Shown here one piece after another: positions 10,096 to 21,238 of a DNA stretch of 64,000 bases (its first letter is position 1; every line of letters starts with the position of its first letter). Both the position numbers and the translations under genes were made by a program. The notes under the pieces were generated by a model. It was not told the origin of the DNA. It saw only the letters and a list, made by a program, of their open reading frames with translations, and did not search any database. The stretch comes from Rebecca billardiae RCC1528 (taxonomy: Eukaryota > Protista > Haptophyta): contig OZ251231.1 of assembly GCA_965240325.2 (NCBI GenBank), positions 1,860,001 to 1,924,000 of the forward strand, given 5' to 3'.

Positions 10096-12702
10096 TTACG
10101 ATGAGCTCGCTTTCAGCGTGCGATCACACATGAAGCTGGGCGCGGCCACAGCGCTTGCGATCGCGTCCAGTGTCCCAGCCCAGCGCAACCGCGGCGGATC
10201 GTTCGCCTGCTCCGCCTCCGTGCCGCCCGTTGCTGTCGCACTCGCAGTCGCCCCGGGCGCCGCGCCTCTGGGTTCGCTATGGTGCGCCGCGCACGCCGCC
10301 ACGTAGCTGCCACTGCTGAGCTCGTTCGGCCGCGGCGGAAGCCCAGCGAGCAGCGCAGCGCGTATTGCCGCGTTGTGCGCGGCGTACTCGCGCGCAGCAG
10401 CGGCCACGTCACCAGCGGTGCGCTGTTGCAGAGTGGTGAACGTTTTCTCCGTGATCTCCGACTCCGTCCGAACGCACGCGAGCGGTGAGAGCGGCGACAG
10501 GTGTGCGCGCGCAGCCTGAGGAGGGCAGTGCTCAGCTGTGACGACGATCGCAGCCGCCGATGTCGCCGTGAGATTGGCACCAGCAGGCGGCGGTGGCGGC
10601 TGCTGCGCCGCCCAGCGCTCAGGCCGCTGCGCAACGTGCACGAGCACAGCGCGCGGGGCGAACCACGCGAGCTCGAGCAGCAGCTGGCCGTATGGCGCGC
10701 CCACGAGAGCGTGCACGCCCGAGCGCGTGAGGGCCACCACCCCCTTGACCACGTGGGAGGCAGTGCGCTGCACTTCGATCCGTCTTTGCTTGGTGGTGGC
10801 GGCGCGCACGAGGTTGGCCCACGAGTGCAGCAGCGCGTCGTGCACCGCGTGCGTGCTGTTGCTCACGTGGCAGCGCACGCCCACGCCGATCGTCTTCACG
10901 CCGCGCGCGCACAGCACGCGCGCGACCGCTGCCGCCGTGCCGTCACCGTCTGCGCCGGTCCACGCGACGACGAGCCGGAGCAACGAGCCTCGAGGCTCAA
11001 CCGATCGGAGCATGCCGGGAGGACCGCGCGCGTTCCGCGACGTGTCATGCGTCTCCGGCGCCCCGCTGAACGCAGCGGCGCAGCCCGCCGGAGGCGGGCG
11101 CGTGCCCGCCGCCGCGTCGTGCGCTTCGGCTGCGCTCACGACGAGCGGCGTGGCACGCCCAGCCGCGCTGCGCACGGCCATCGGAGGCCGGCGCTCGGCT
11201 GCGAACGGTGCGCGCTGCTCGCGCATGAAGCTGTCACGAACGTCGAGCCGGTTGGCGCGCCCCACGTCGTGGGACTCATCGGACACGCGCTTCAAGCTCA
11301 CGCTGCCGCCCCGGTTGCTCGCAAAGTAGCGCGAGGCGAGCGGGAACTCGTTTGAGCGCTTGGCGCGCCACCGCACCCAGCTGGTGACGCGGTAGTGCGC
11401 TACGGCGAGCGTGAGCGCCGGCACCTGCGCCTCGAACTTCACCACGTTGAGCAGCCGATTCTTGCCGTGCCCGGAGACGACGAACACGAACGAGTCGTTC
11501 CCGTTGGCGCTCCTGCTCGGCGGCGACGTGCTCTTCCGTGCCATCTCCCCGCCATCGAGGAATGTGCGTGGCTCCCAGTGTCCGGCGGTCTTCGCCGAGA
11601 GGAGACGAACGCATGCCGCGCAGCGCGTCACCTCGCGTCCCAGATCATAGCGCCTGCGGAAGATGGGAGTGTGCACTCGCAGGCGCAATGTCGAGTTGAC
11701 GCGCGTCACGTACTTTGCGTAGTCTCCTGACGCGTCGAATTTCACCGCACTCATCGGCCTCCTTCCTCCTCCCTGAGCGGGGGCGCCCTTGGAGAAGGCT
11801 CGCCAGCGCCACTCGAGTGCCGTGCGCACGCGACCGCATGGCTCGGCCTGCTGCTCGCCGAACGAGTAGAAGAGCCACGGCGCGTAGACCGCGTCGCAGT
11901 AGCTGAGCTCGTTGCGCAGCAGCGAGACCACCGAGCGCCCAGGGCACGCGCGCGAGTGCAGATACTCGTCAGAGTCCATCTGTGCGAGCCAGCCCCAGCC
12001 GCCCTCGGCCTGCAGCCGGCGCAGGACGCACGTGATGGCTTTCTCCTGCGCGACGTGCCACTCAGTCCAGTCGCGCTCGTCCCCGCTCGTCGAGAGCGTG
12101 GGCGTACTCGTATTCTCGTCGTCGCCGTGCGACGAGAAGCGGCCCCCGCCAGGGCGGTTGCACGCCTCGCGCAGCGGCGTGACCTCCCACATCCGCGGGT
12201 CGACGCCACTCAGAGCCTCGCGCAGCCACGTGCCCTGCTCGTCAAATGCGTCGTTGGCGACGAAGAAGACGCGGTCGAAGCCCTCCTCGACGTAGTGCTC
12301 GACGAGCTCGACGGCGTGCACGCTCACGTCGCTCTCAGCGAGGATCACCACTGCGGCGCGGTCGTCGTCGCGCACGGGCCACCGGCGAAGCAGCCCGGTG
12401 CTTGGGTCCACGTCTGCGAGGGCTGCGCGCACGGACGCCGCGGCAGGGTCGTCTGCTTCGGCATCGTCGGTGGCACGGCAGTGCACAATCGCAGGCGCGG
12501 TGCCATCTTTCAAGGCGCTGCTTGGCACGCCGGCGAGTAGCGCCAACGCGACGACGTGTGCCATCGCTACCTTGAGGCCGACGGCGCGCATGTGGCGAGA
12601 GCCACCGCCAAAGGGCAGGTGGCGAGCACGCACTTCGCGCGACAGCTCCCCGGGCAAGCGGAATCCCGACGTGGCGTATAAAGTTATCACACGCGCTCCC
12701 AT
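10096..12702 (-). CDS. Glycosyltransferase-like protein (GT-A fold, GT92/GT2-like) with degenerate C-terminal sulfotransferase-like region
   Basis: Hydrophobic N-terminus, VEHYVEEGFDRVFF, WLAQMDSDEYL (DxD motif), AVAHYRVTSW. The true start may be a downstream Met (MRAVG or MAHVV). Confidence 0.6.
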   Translation of the reverse strand: MGARVITLYATSGFRLPGELSREVRARHLPFGGGSRHMRAVGLKVAMAHVVALALLAGVPSSALKDGTAPAIVHCRATDDAEADDPAAASVRAALADVDPSTGLLRRWPVRDDDRAAVVILAESDVSVHAVELVEHYVEEGFDRVFFVANDAFDEQGTWLREALSGVDPRMWEVTPLREACNRPGGGRFSSHGDDENTSTPTLSTSGDERDWTEWHVAQEKAITCVLRRLQAEGGWGWLAQMDSDEYLHSRACPGRSVVSLLRNELSYCDAVYAPWLFYSFGEQQAEPCGRVRTALEWRWRAFSKGAPAQGGGRRPMSAVKFDASGDYAKYVTRVNSTLRLRVHTPIFRRRYDLGREVTRCAACVRLLSAKTAGHWEPRTFLDGGEMARKSTSPPSRSANGNDSFVFVVSGHGKNRLLNVVKFEAQVPALTLAVAHYRVTSWVRWRAKRSNEFPLASRYFASNRGGSVSLKRVSDESHDVGRANRLDVRDSFMREQRAPFAAERRPPMAVRSAAGRATPLVVSAAEAHDAAAGTRPPPAGCAAAFSGAPETHDTSRNARGPPGMLRSVEPRGSLLRLVVAWTGADGDGTAAAVARVLCARGVKTIGVGVRCHVSNSTHAVHDALLHSWANLVRAATTKQRRIEVQRTASHVVKGVVALTRSGVHALVGAPYGQLLLELAWFAPRAVLVHVAQRPERWAAQQPPPPPAGANLTATSAAAIVVTAEHCPPQAARAHLSPLSPLACVRTESEITEKTFTTLQQRTAGDVAAAAREYAAHNAAIRAALLAGLPPRPNELSSGSYVAACAAHHSEPRGAAPGATASATATGGTEAEQANDPPRLRWAGTLDAIASAVAAPSFMCDRTLKASSS

Positions 12703-13060
12703 GCTGATTCTTCGTCCATGGGCATGCGCCTCGTCCGACCCTCACTCGGAACTCGGTCGGGAGAACCCTCACAGCGAGAAGTCTATCCCGTGTACGTACA
12801 GTACGACAGTTGACTACTAAGAATATACTGTACACTCATCATGACGAGTCGTGTGTTCAGTCGTAGTCGTAAGTCTCGTAAGAGACGCACAGCAGACGGC
12901 ACAGCTCAGGCGGCGAGATGGACAACGTACTACTGCACATGCAGCAAAACTCCCACCCGCGCCCGCGGCCGACGACGGACGGTGAGCTGGGCGTCATGAG
13001 ACGGGCGTCATGTCCAGCCACATGACAACTCCACGGCGGTTCGCGATCAGGCAAGGGGCA

Positions 13061-15172
13061 TCAGCTCGGGCTGCCAGTCCGGGCAGCACCTGCACCGCCC
13101 TCGCCCTCGCGGCCGCGCGGAGCCGGCGGGGCCGGGACCACCGAGTCCATGACCCATGCCCACGATGACGAGCGAGCTCGCGGCGCGGAAGGCGTACTCG
13201 GCGACTCCGCCCAGCCTGCGCTCCAGATGCTCGCCAAGCTGAAAGAGCGCGGGGCAGGGCTGTCTGCAGCCGGCGCGGCGGCCGGTGCGGCGGCCGGCAC
13301 GGACGCCGGCAGCGAGAGGCGGCGCGTCGGGGCCTCTGTCTGCTCGCCAGCGCCCCAGATGCTTGCCAGTGAGAACGAGCGTGGCGGGAGCGCGGAGGCT
13401 GGGGCCGGCTGGCCCGAGGGCGGCGCTGCAGAGCTGCGTGGGGCGGGGTGCTCTGCGGGCGGAGCCAGCGGCCGCGAGCGGCGGCGAGTCGGCTGCCCTG
13501 CCGGCTCGGCCGCCGTAGCGGATGGGCTTGGCGGCGCAGGCTCAGCCGGCGTGTGCGCAGGGCGCGTGAGCGTCGGCTCGGCAGGCGGCTCAGCGCCCCA
13601 GCCAAAGCTCCAGGTCCATGGGCTGGTCCAACCGTCCCAGGGCCACGATGCCGACGCCTCAGCCACAGCTGCAGCCGGGGAGGCGGCCGTGCTGCCGCCC
13701 TCTGTCGCGCCGGCCCCGGCTGGTGGCGGCTCGGCAGAGGCGGCGGCGGGCGGCGCGGCGACACTCCCCGACCGGCCTTCCTCGGCGCGGCTGCTGCGGA
13801 CGCCGCCGCTGGACGCGCGGCGGACCATCGGGCGCACCTCCCCTGCGCCAGACGTGCGGACGGCTGCGACATCCATCTTGCGACTCTGCCACTGCGGCCG
13901 CAGGTAGAGCCACGCAATGCAGCCGAGCGCGCAGCAGCCGAGCACGCCGCCGGCCACGCCGATGATCACCGTCATCAACGCCGTCGCGTCCTCGCTGCCG
14001 AGCGAATCGTCGCCGAGCGTCACGGTCGAAGCGTCTCCCAGCCCCTCGCCATCCTCCGAATCCGCCGAGCCGTCGCCGCCGCCGTCCGTCCCACCTGCAT
14101 CCGTCTCGGCGCCGCCCGCCGGAGTGGGCGAGGGCGAGGGCGAAGGCGAAGGCGCCGGCGCGACCGCGACAGAGCCCGCCACCGGCCGCAGCCCCGTGGC
14201 GACCTCGACGGCGGCGAGCAACGCCGTCACTGTCTCAGAGCCCGGCGCCTCGAGCCGCTGCCGGATGCTCCCGGACTTGTCCTGCCTGTACTCGCCCACG
14301 ACCTGCTGCACCTGAAAGCTCACGCGCACGGAGGCGGCGGCCACCTCGGTCACCTGCACGCTGGCGGGGCTCACGCCCAGCGTCTGCGCCGTCGCGTTCA
14401 CAAAGCGCGCCGTGCGCTCGTCGTCCCAGTCCGACACTTCGCCCTCCATCTCGACCGAGGCGGCAACCACGTCCGTGACGATGCCGTTGGGCGGCGGCGG
14501 CGAGGGCGGCGGCGAGGGCGGTGTGGACGGCGGCGGATGCGGCGACGGGGGCGGCTTGGGGGGCGGCGGGCTCGGCGGGGGCGGCGAGGGTGGCGGGCTC
14601 GGGGGAAGGCTTGGCGGCGGCGGCGGCGGAGAGCTCGGCGGCGGCGGGCTGGGCGGCGGTGCTGGCAGCGGGCTCGGCGGCGGAGACGGCGAGGGCGGTG
14701 GTGGCGACGGTGGCGGGCTCGGCGGTGGCGGCGGCGGTAGGCTCGGCGGCGGCGGGCTGGGCGGCGGGCTCGGCGGCGGCGGCGGCGGCGGGCTTGGCGG
14801 CGGCGGGCTTGGCGGCGGGCTCGGCGGTGGGCTCGGTGGCGGCGGTGGCGGCGGGCTTGGCGGCGGCGGGCTCGGCGGCGGCGGCGGCGGCGGGCTTGGC
14901 GGCGGCGGGCTCGGCGGCGGGCTCGGCGGTGGGCTCGGTGGCGGCGGGCTTGGCGGCGGCGGGCTCGGCGGCGGCGGCGGCGGCGGGCTTGGCGGCGGCG
15001 GGCTCGGCGGCGGCGGCGGCGGCGGGCTGGGTGGCGGGCTCGGCGGCGGGCTTGGCGGAGGAGGCGGCGGCGGGCTCGGCGGCGGGGGGCTCGGCGGCGG
15101 GCTCGGCGGCGGTGGCGGCGGTGAGCTTGGCGGCGGCGGGCTCGGCGGTGGCGACGGCGGCGGACTCGGCGG

Positions 15173-15205
<33 letters not shown>

Positions 15206-15349
15206 CGGAGGCGGGCTCGGCAGCGGGCTGGGTGGTGGTGGCGGCGGCGGGCTCGGCGGCGGGGGGCTCGGCGGCGGGCTCGGCGGCGGTGGCGGCGGGG
15301 AGCTTGGCGGCGGCGGGCTCGGCGGTGGCGACGGCGGCGGACTCGGCGG

Positions 15350-15382
<33 letters not shown>

Positions 15383-15526
15383 CGGCGGCGGGCTCGGCAG
15401 CGGGCTGGGTGGTGGTGGCGGCGGCGGGCTCGGCGGCGGGGGGCTCGGCGGCGGGCTCGGCGGCGGTGGCGGTGGGGAGCTTGGCGGCGGCGGGCTCGGC
15501 GGTGGCGACGGCGGCGGGCTCGGCGG

Positions 15527-15559
<33 letters not shown>

Positions 15560-15704
15560 CGGAGGCGGGCTCGGCAGCGGGCTGGGTGGTGGTGGCGGCG
15601 GCGGGCTCGGCGGCGGGGGGCTCGGCGGCGGGCTCGGCGGCGGTGGCGGCGGTGAGCTTGGCGGCGGCGGGCTCGGCGGTGGCGACGGCGGCGGACTCGG
15701 CGGT

Positions 15705-15736
<32 letters not shown>

Positions 15737-16220
15737 CGGAGGCGGGCTCGGCAGCGGGCTGGGTGGTGGTGGCGGCGGCGGGCTCGGCGGCGGCGCGCTC
15801 GGCGGCGGGCTCGGCGGCGGGCTGGGTGGTGGCGGCGGCGGTGAGCTCGGTGGCGGCGGGCTCGGCGGCGGGCTCGGCGGCGGGCTGGGTGGTGGCGGCG
15901 GCGGTGAGCTCGGTGGCGGCGGGCTCGGAGGCGGGCTTGGCGACGGGCTTGGCGGCGGTGGTGGCGGTGAGCTCGGCGGCCGCGGGCTGGGTGGCGGGCT
16001 TGGCGGCGGCGACGGCGGTGGGCTAGGGGGTGGCGGCGGCGGGCTCGGCGGCGGGGCCGGCAGTGGGCTGGGTGGCGGCGGGCTGGGTGGCGGCGGGCTG
16101 GGCGGCGGGCTGGGCGGCGGCGGCGGTGGCGCGCTCGGCGGTGGCGAAGTCGGCTGCGGCGCAGGCGGGGGACTTGGTGGCGGGCTTGGCGGCGGCGGCG
16201 GCGGCAGGCTCGGCGGTGAG

Positions 16221-16251
<31 letters not shown>

Positions 16252-16786
16252 GCGGCGGCGCAGGCGGCGGGCTGGGCGGGGGGCTTGGCAGCGGCGGAGG
16301 CGGCGGGCTCGGCGGCGGCGGGCTGGGCGGCGGCGCAGGCGGCGGGCTGGGCGGCGGGCTTGGCGGCGGCGGAGGCGGCAGGCTCGGTGGCGGCGGGCTC
16401 GGTGGCGGGCTCGGCGGCGGCGGCGGCGGCGGGCTTGGCGGCGGCGGGCTCGGTGGCGGCGATGGCGGCAGGCTTGGCGGAGGCGCGCTTGGTGGCGGTG
16501 GGCTCGGCGGCGGGCTCGGCGGCGGGCTCGGTGGAGGCGGCGGTGGCGGGCTCGGCGGCGGGGGGCTCGGCGGCGGCGCAGGCGGCGGGCTGGGCGGCGG
16601 GCTTGGCGGCGGCGGCGGCGGCAGGCTCGGTGGCGGCGGGCTCGGCGGGGGGCTTGGCAGCGGCGGAGGCGGCGGGCTCGGCGGCGGGGGGCTCGGCGGC
16701 GGCGCAGGCGGCGGGCTGGGCGGCGGGCTCGGCGGCGGCGGCGGCGGCAGGCTCGGTGGCGGCGGGCTCGGCGGCGGGCTCGGTGG

Positions 16787-16819
<33 letters not shown>

Positions 16820-19082
16820 CGGTGGCGGCGATGGCGGCGGGCTTGGCGGAGGCGCGCTTGGTGGCGGTGGGCTCGGCGGCGGGCTCGGCGGCGGGCTCGG
16901 CGGCGGCGGGGGCGACGGCGGCGGGCTCGGCGGCGGGCTCGGCGGTGGTGGCGGCGGCGGCGGCCGTGGTGGTGGGCTGGGCGGCGGGCTGGGCGGCGGT
17001 GCGGGTGGGCTGGGCGGCGGATTCGGCGGCGGCGGGCTCGGTGGTGGGCTGGGCAGTGGCGGTGGCGGGCTCGGTGGCGGGCTCGGCGGCGGAAGCGGTG
17101 GTGGCGACAGCGGTGGGCTCGGCGGCGGCGGCGGCGAGGGCGGCGGGTTGGGCGGCGGGCTCGGCGGCGGCAGGCTCGGCTGCGGGCTCGGCGGCGGCGG
17201 GCTCGGCGGCGGGCTCGGCGATGGGCTGGGCGGCGGCGGCGGCGGTGGGCTGGGCGGCGGCGACGGCGGCGGAGGCCTATAGCCGAGGGTGAAGTAGGTC
17301 ACCTCGTAAGCGCCGCTGAACTCTCCACCGCTCGCGACCACCTGCCCGTCCACAGTGACCGTGTACGAGCCCTGGCCCCTGCGCGAGGGCGCCGCGCGGC
17401 GAGCGGGCGCGGCGGTGCGTTACGCGACGCCCCCCCCCCGCGCGCGCGCACGCACGCGCGCGCTCCTGCCGCTGCCGGCGCGGGGCCGTGCGCGCCGCGT
17501 CGCACCACTCGCAGCAAAGACCGTCACCGTAGTTGTCATAGATCACGAACGCGTACGTCTGACCGCCGGTGACGCAGCCGGCGCCGCCCGTCCACGGCCC
17601 CGAGAACTGCTCCACGCCGTCGAGGAAGACGGCCCACGAGTTGTCCTCCGCCGCGTAGTCGTCCGGGACGATCTCGACGTCGACGCTGAATACGCACGGC
17701 GGAGGGCTGGGCGACGGCGGCTGCGGCGGCGACGGCGGCTGCGGCGACGGCGGCTGTGGCGGCTGTGGCGGCGGGCTCGGCGACGCGGGCGGGCTGGGCG
17801 GGCTGGGCGGCGGGCTCGGCGGCGCGGGCGGCGGCGGCGACGCGAACTCCGACACCGCCTGCAGCAGCACGTTGTTGATCGACGCCGCCGGGCGCGAGCC
17901 GATGCCGACGACGTCGCGCACCGCCGAGCGCTCCATCAGCTCTTGCACGCGCGTGGGCGTGGCGGCGGGCAGCATGTGCAGCACCTGCGCCGCGACGCCC
18001 GCGACGTGCGGGCACGCCATCGAGGTGCCGGACATCGTCCTCGTCGCCGTGCACGCCTGCGGCGACTCCGCGCACGGGTACGCGCTGAAGATGTTCGTCC
18101 CAGGCGCGTAGATGTCGACACACGTGCCGTAATTCGAAAAGTTGGGCATGGCGTCGTCGGGCGCGGTCGCGCCGACGGTGATCGCCTCGGGCGCCGAGGC
18201 GGGGGAGAAGACGGTGCCGCCCTCGCCGATGCAGCAGTTCGTCCCGTCGTTCCCCGCCGCCACGACCACCGTGATCCCCGCGTCGTGCAGCGTCTTCACG
18301 GCCGAGTTCACGCTCGCAGAGTAGCCGCCACCCAGGCTCATCGACACGACGGCCGGTCGCAGCGAGGTCTCGCCGAGGACCCAGTCCATGCCGTCGATGA
18401 CGGCGGAGTACGAGCCCGAGCCCGAGTCGGTGAGCACCTTCACGCCGTGCACCGTCGCCTGCGGCGCCACGCCGTAGCTCGTGCCCGCCGCCGTGCCCGC
18501 GCAATGCGTGCCGTGGCCGTTGCCGTCGTGCTGCACAGAAGTGCCATCGTACGCGTTGTACGACTCGCCGACGCGGCCGGCGTAGTCCTCGTGCGACTCG
18601 TCGATGCCCGTGTCGAGGATGAAGACGTGCACGCCCGCGCCCGTGAACGGCGGCTCGTACGGCTGGCTGTCGATGGCGCCGTCGATGCGGTCGAGGCCCC
18701 ACGACGCGGGCGCACCCTGCAGCCGTCGGCGCGCCGGCCGCTGCCGCCCGGCCGGGGGCGGGTCGAAGGCGTACACGAGCCCGTCGGGCTCGGCGCGCAG
18801 CTCGTTCTGCGCGGCATGCCACTCCAAAAACGCGCGCCCCTCGGGCGTCGCCTCGACAACGGCGCCGCCCGTCAGCACGTGGCTCACCTGCCGGCGCAGC
18901 GTGATGGTGCCGATGGGCGCAATCGCCAGGATCTGGTCTACGGACGCCGCGTCGTGGCCGTCGGCGGCGGAGAGAATGAGCGTGGTGTTCTGCGCGGGCG
19001 TGGTCTGCTCCTGCGCGCCCACCGACGCGCACGCCGCCAGGAACAACCAGGACAACACCGTCGCCACGGCGGAGGGGCCCAT
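13061..19082 (-). CDS. Membrane-anchored subtilisin (S8, proteinase K-like) with long Ser-Pro(n) stalk; intron 17379-17505
   Basis: Signal peptide, WGLDRID, catalytic ILDTG / HGTHCAG / [17 protein letters not shown] intron joins CCEW to [11 protein letters not shown]. Then ~930 aa of SPPP repeats, a TM segment ([23 protein letters not shown]) and a cytoplasmic tail. Confidence 0.88.
14488..17275. repeat. Coding low-complexity repeat (extensin/pherophorin-like SPn)
   Basis: GGC/GGGCTC-rich tract encoding [11 protein letters not shown] on the minus strand, with internal ~180-bp block repeats. Confidence 0.9.
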
Positions 19083-19513
19083 GTGGGGCTCGCGCGCCGT
19101 CGCTGTGGTGCAGATCGAAGGCGCGCCGGTGGATGCTTGGAGAGTGGTTTATGATGATTTACGGGTAATATACGCTATTTGGCTATATTTGGCACCATTG
19201 GCAGTTGACTATCTAGATAGTTGAGCGCGATGAGGTTTTATTGGGCTTTTGGCGGCGCCGGAAGGGAGCGGAAACGTCGACTGAGAAGCGAATTCGACTT
19301 TCTCAGCGAGGTCGCCGCCTCGCGGATCGACGCGAGGTATCTTTTCCACGCGCGAGTCCACAAAGCGGCCGGCCGGCCGGCACCAGAGTTAGAGGGGCGC
19401 CCGCCGCGCCGAGCGCGTCCGCAGGCAAGGCCGAGGTGAGGCCGTGCAGCGGCGCGCATCCGACCGTCATCGGCGACGACGGCCCCAGCGAGTGCAGCCG
19501 GGGCAGATGGCCA

Positions 19514-20977
19514 TCACGACGCGGGCGCGCCTGCGCGATTCGTCTCGGCGGCGACGGGCGCCGTGGGCGGGGCCGCATTGGGCGCGGCCGCGGGCGCGGC
19601 GGCAGCCGCAGGCGCGGGCGTCGGGCCCGCGGCGCCGCTGGAGTCGAGGTACGCGACGACGACGGTGATGTCGTCCCGGTAGTCCCCCTCCACCGCGAAC
19701 CACCGATTGGACGCTGCGGTGATCAGGCTGAGCGCGGCCAGCTCCGCCGCCAGCCCAGACTCGTACGCGGCGCCGACGATGTCGACCGCGTCCTGCGACT
19801 CCAGGAACTCCCAGACGCCGTCGGAGGCGACGACGACGAAGCGGTCGGCGGGCGTGAGCGTGCGCCGCGTGACCTCGGGCTCGGCGTTCAGCCCCACCTT
19901 GTGCGCGCCCCAGTCGCCGAACGCGCGCGTCATCGTCAGCCCGGGGCCGAGCGCGCGCCGCGCCGGGTCCTCGTAAATGCGCGCGGGCGTGAAGTCGCCG
20001 TTTGCATCCGTGACCGACGGCGTGACGTGCGCGCCGCACATGCGGACGCGCGCGCGCTCGTCGGGCCGGTCGGCCTTGTGGTCGTCGGTGAGCGTGTACG
20101 CGACGAACGCGGGGCGCGCCGCCGCGCCGCCGCCCGCCGCGGGCTCCGCCGCGTCCGCCGCCAGCACCGCGCGGCAGTCGCCCACGTGCGCCGCCCACAG
20201 CTCGAGCCCGTCGAGCAGCAGCGCGCAGCAGCACGCGCCGGACTCCTCCGAGACGGCGTTGAGCATGACGTTGGACTCGAGCTCGGCCTCGGTCTGCGCG
20301 AACGCCTCGGTGAGCGCGGCGTGCGGGTCGTCGCGCAGCCGCGGGTGCGCGCGGAGCGCCGCCTGCACGTTCTTCGCCGCGGCGCGAGATACAATCTCCC
20401 CGCACTCGCCGTGGCCGTCCAGGACGCACAGTAGCGCGGGCTGCCTGCTCAGCGCCGCCGGGGCGGGCGGGGCGTCGGCCGCGGGGTTCTGCGCCGGCGC
20501 AGCCGCCGCGACGGCCGGCGCCGCGGCGCGCGAGCCCCCCGCGCCCTCGTCGGCGGGCGCGGGCGCCGACGCCGGCAGCGTGCACACGATCGCGCAGTCC
20601 TGGTTCGTCTTCAGGCGGAGCTGGCCAAAGATGGAGCGCGCGCCGGGGCAGGTGTACGCGCCCAGCCGCTTGGCGAATGGCGAAGGCGACGCGTCGGCGC
20701 CCTCGCCCGGCACGAACGCGCCCGCCAGCTCCTCGGGGCCCTTCACCTCGCTCGCCCACACGGTGGCATCGTCGGCGTCGATGGCCGGGCCGACCGGCGG
20801 CCCGCGCACGGGGCGGCGGCGATTGGCGAGGTGCGGGTCGGACGCGAGCGAGGCGCGCCGGATTGCGCCAGCGCGTGCGGCCTCCTCCTCCGCGGTCAGC
20901 TCCTGCTCCGTCTCCGAGTGGCCAGCGTCATCCGACGAGCCACTCGCCCGATCAGACGACGAGCCACGGTCCGCCAT
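19514..20977 (-). CDS. PP2C / PPM-type protein phosphatase
   Basis: NQD, CVLDGHG, AHVGDCRAVL, LTDDHK, MTRAFGD, VASDGVWE, DDITVVV. Likely ATG at 20977. Confidence 0.92.
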   Translation of the reverse strand: MADRGSSSDRASGSSDDAGHSETEQELTAEEEAARAGAIRRASLASDPHLANRRRPVRGPPVGPAIDADDATVWASEVKGPEELAGAFVPGEGADASPSPFAKRLGAYTCPGARSIFGQLRLKTNQDCAIVCTLPASAPAPADEGAGGSRAAAPAVAAAAPAQNPAADAPPAPAALSRQPALLCVLDGHGECGEIVSRAAAKNVQAALRAHPRLRDDPHAALTEAFAQTEAELESNVMLNAVSEESGACCCALLLDGLELWAAHVGDCRAVLAADAAEPAAGGGAAARPAFVAYTLTDDHKADRPDERARVRMCGAHVTPSVTDANGDFTPARIYEDPARRALGPGLTMTRAFGDWGAHKVGLNAEPEVTRRTLTPADRFVVVASDGVWEFLESQDAVDIVGAAYESGLAAELAALSLITAASNRWFAVEGDYRDDITVVVAYLDSSGAAGPTPAPAAAAAPAAAPNAAPPTAPVAAETNRAGAPAS

Positions 20978-21238
20978 CGCGCGAATAAAAAGAGTTGCAC
21001 GTTGATGACGCGACGGCGGCGCGAGGGAGCGCCTCAGCCTGCACGGGTAATCCTGGTCGAATTCAGTCAAGAATCTCCCGTATTCGGCCCCGACGATCAC
21101 GCCTGATCGCGGTTCAGCCGGCCAATCTCAGAGGCGCGCAATAATCGAGTCATTGGCTGAAAAGGTATCATATCGGCCGTCAAGGGCGAGGACGGTGCGA
21201 GAAGCAAGGGCTCGCGCGCGAGCTCTCGCTCGGCCGCG

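Noticed and set aside
14412-17292. Poly-Gly and Ala-Gly ORFs on the + strand
   Set aside because: These are antisense shadows of the Ser-Pro stalk of the minus-strand subtilisin gene.
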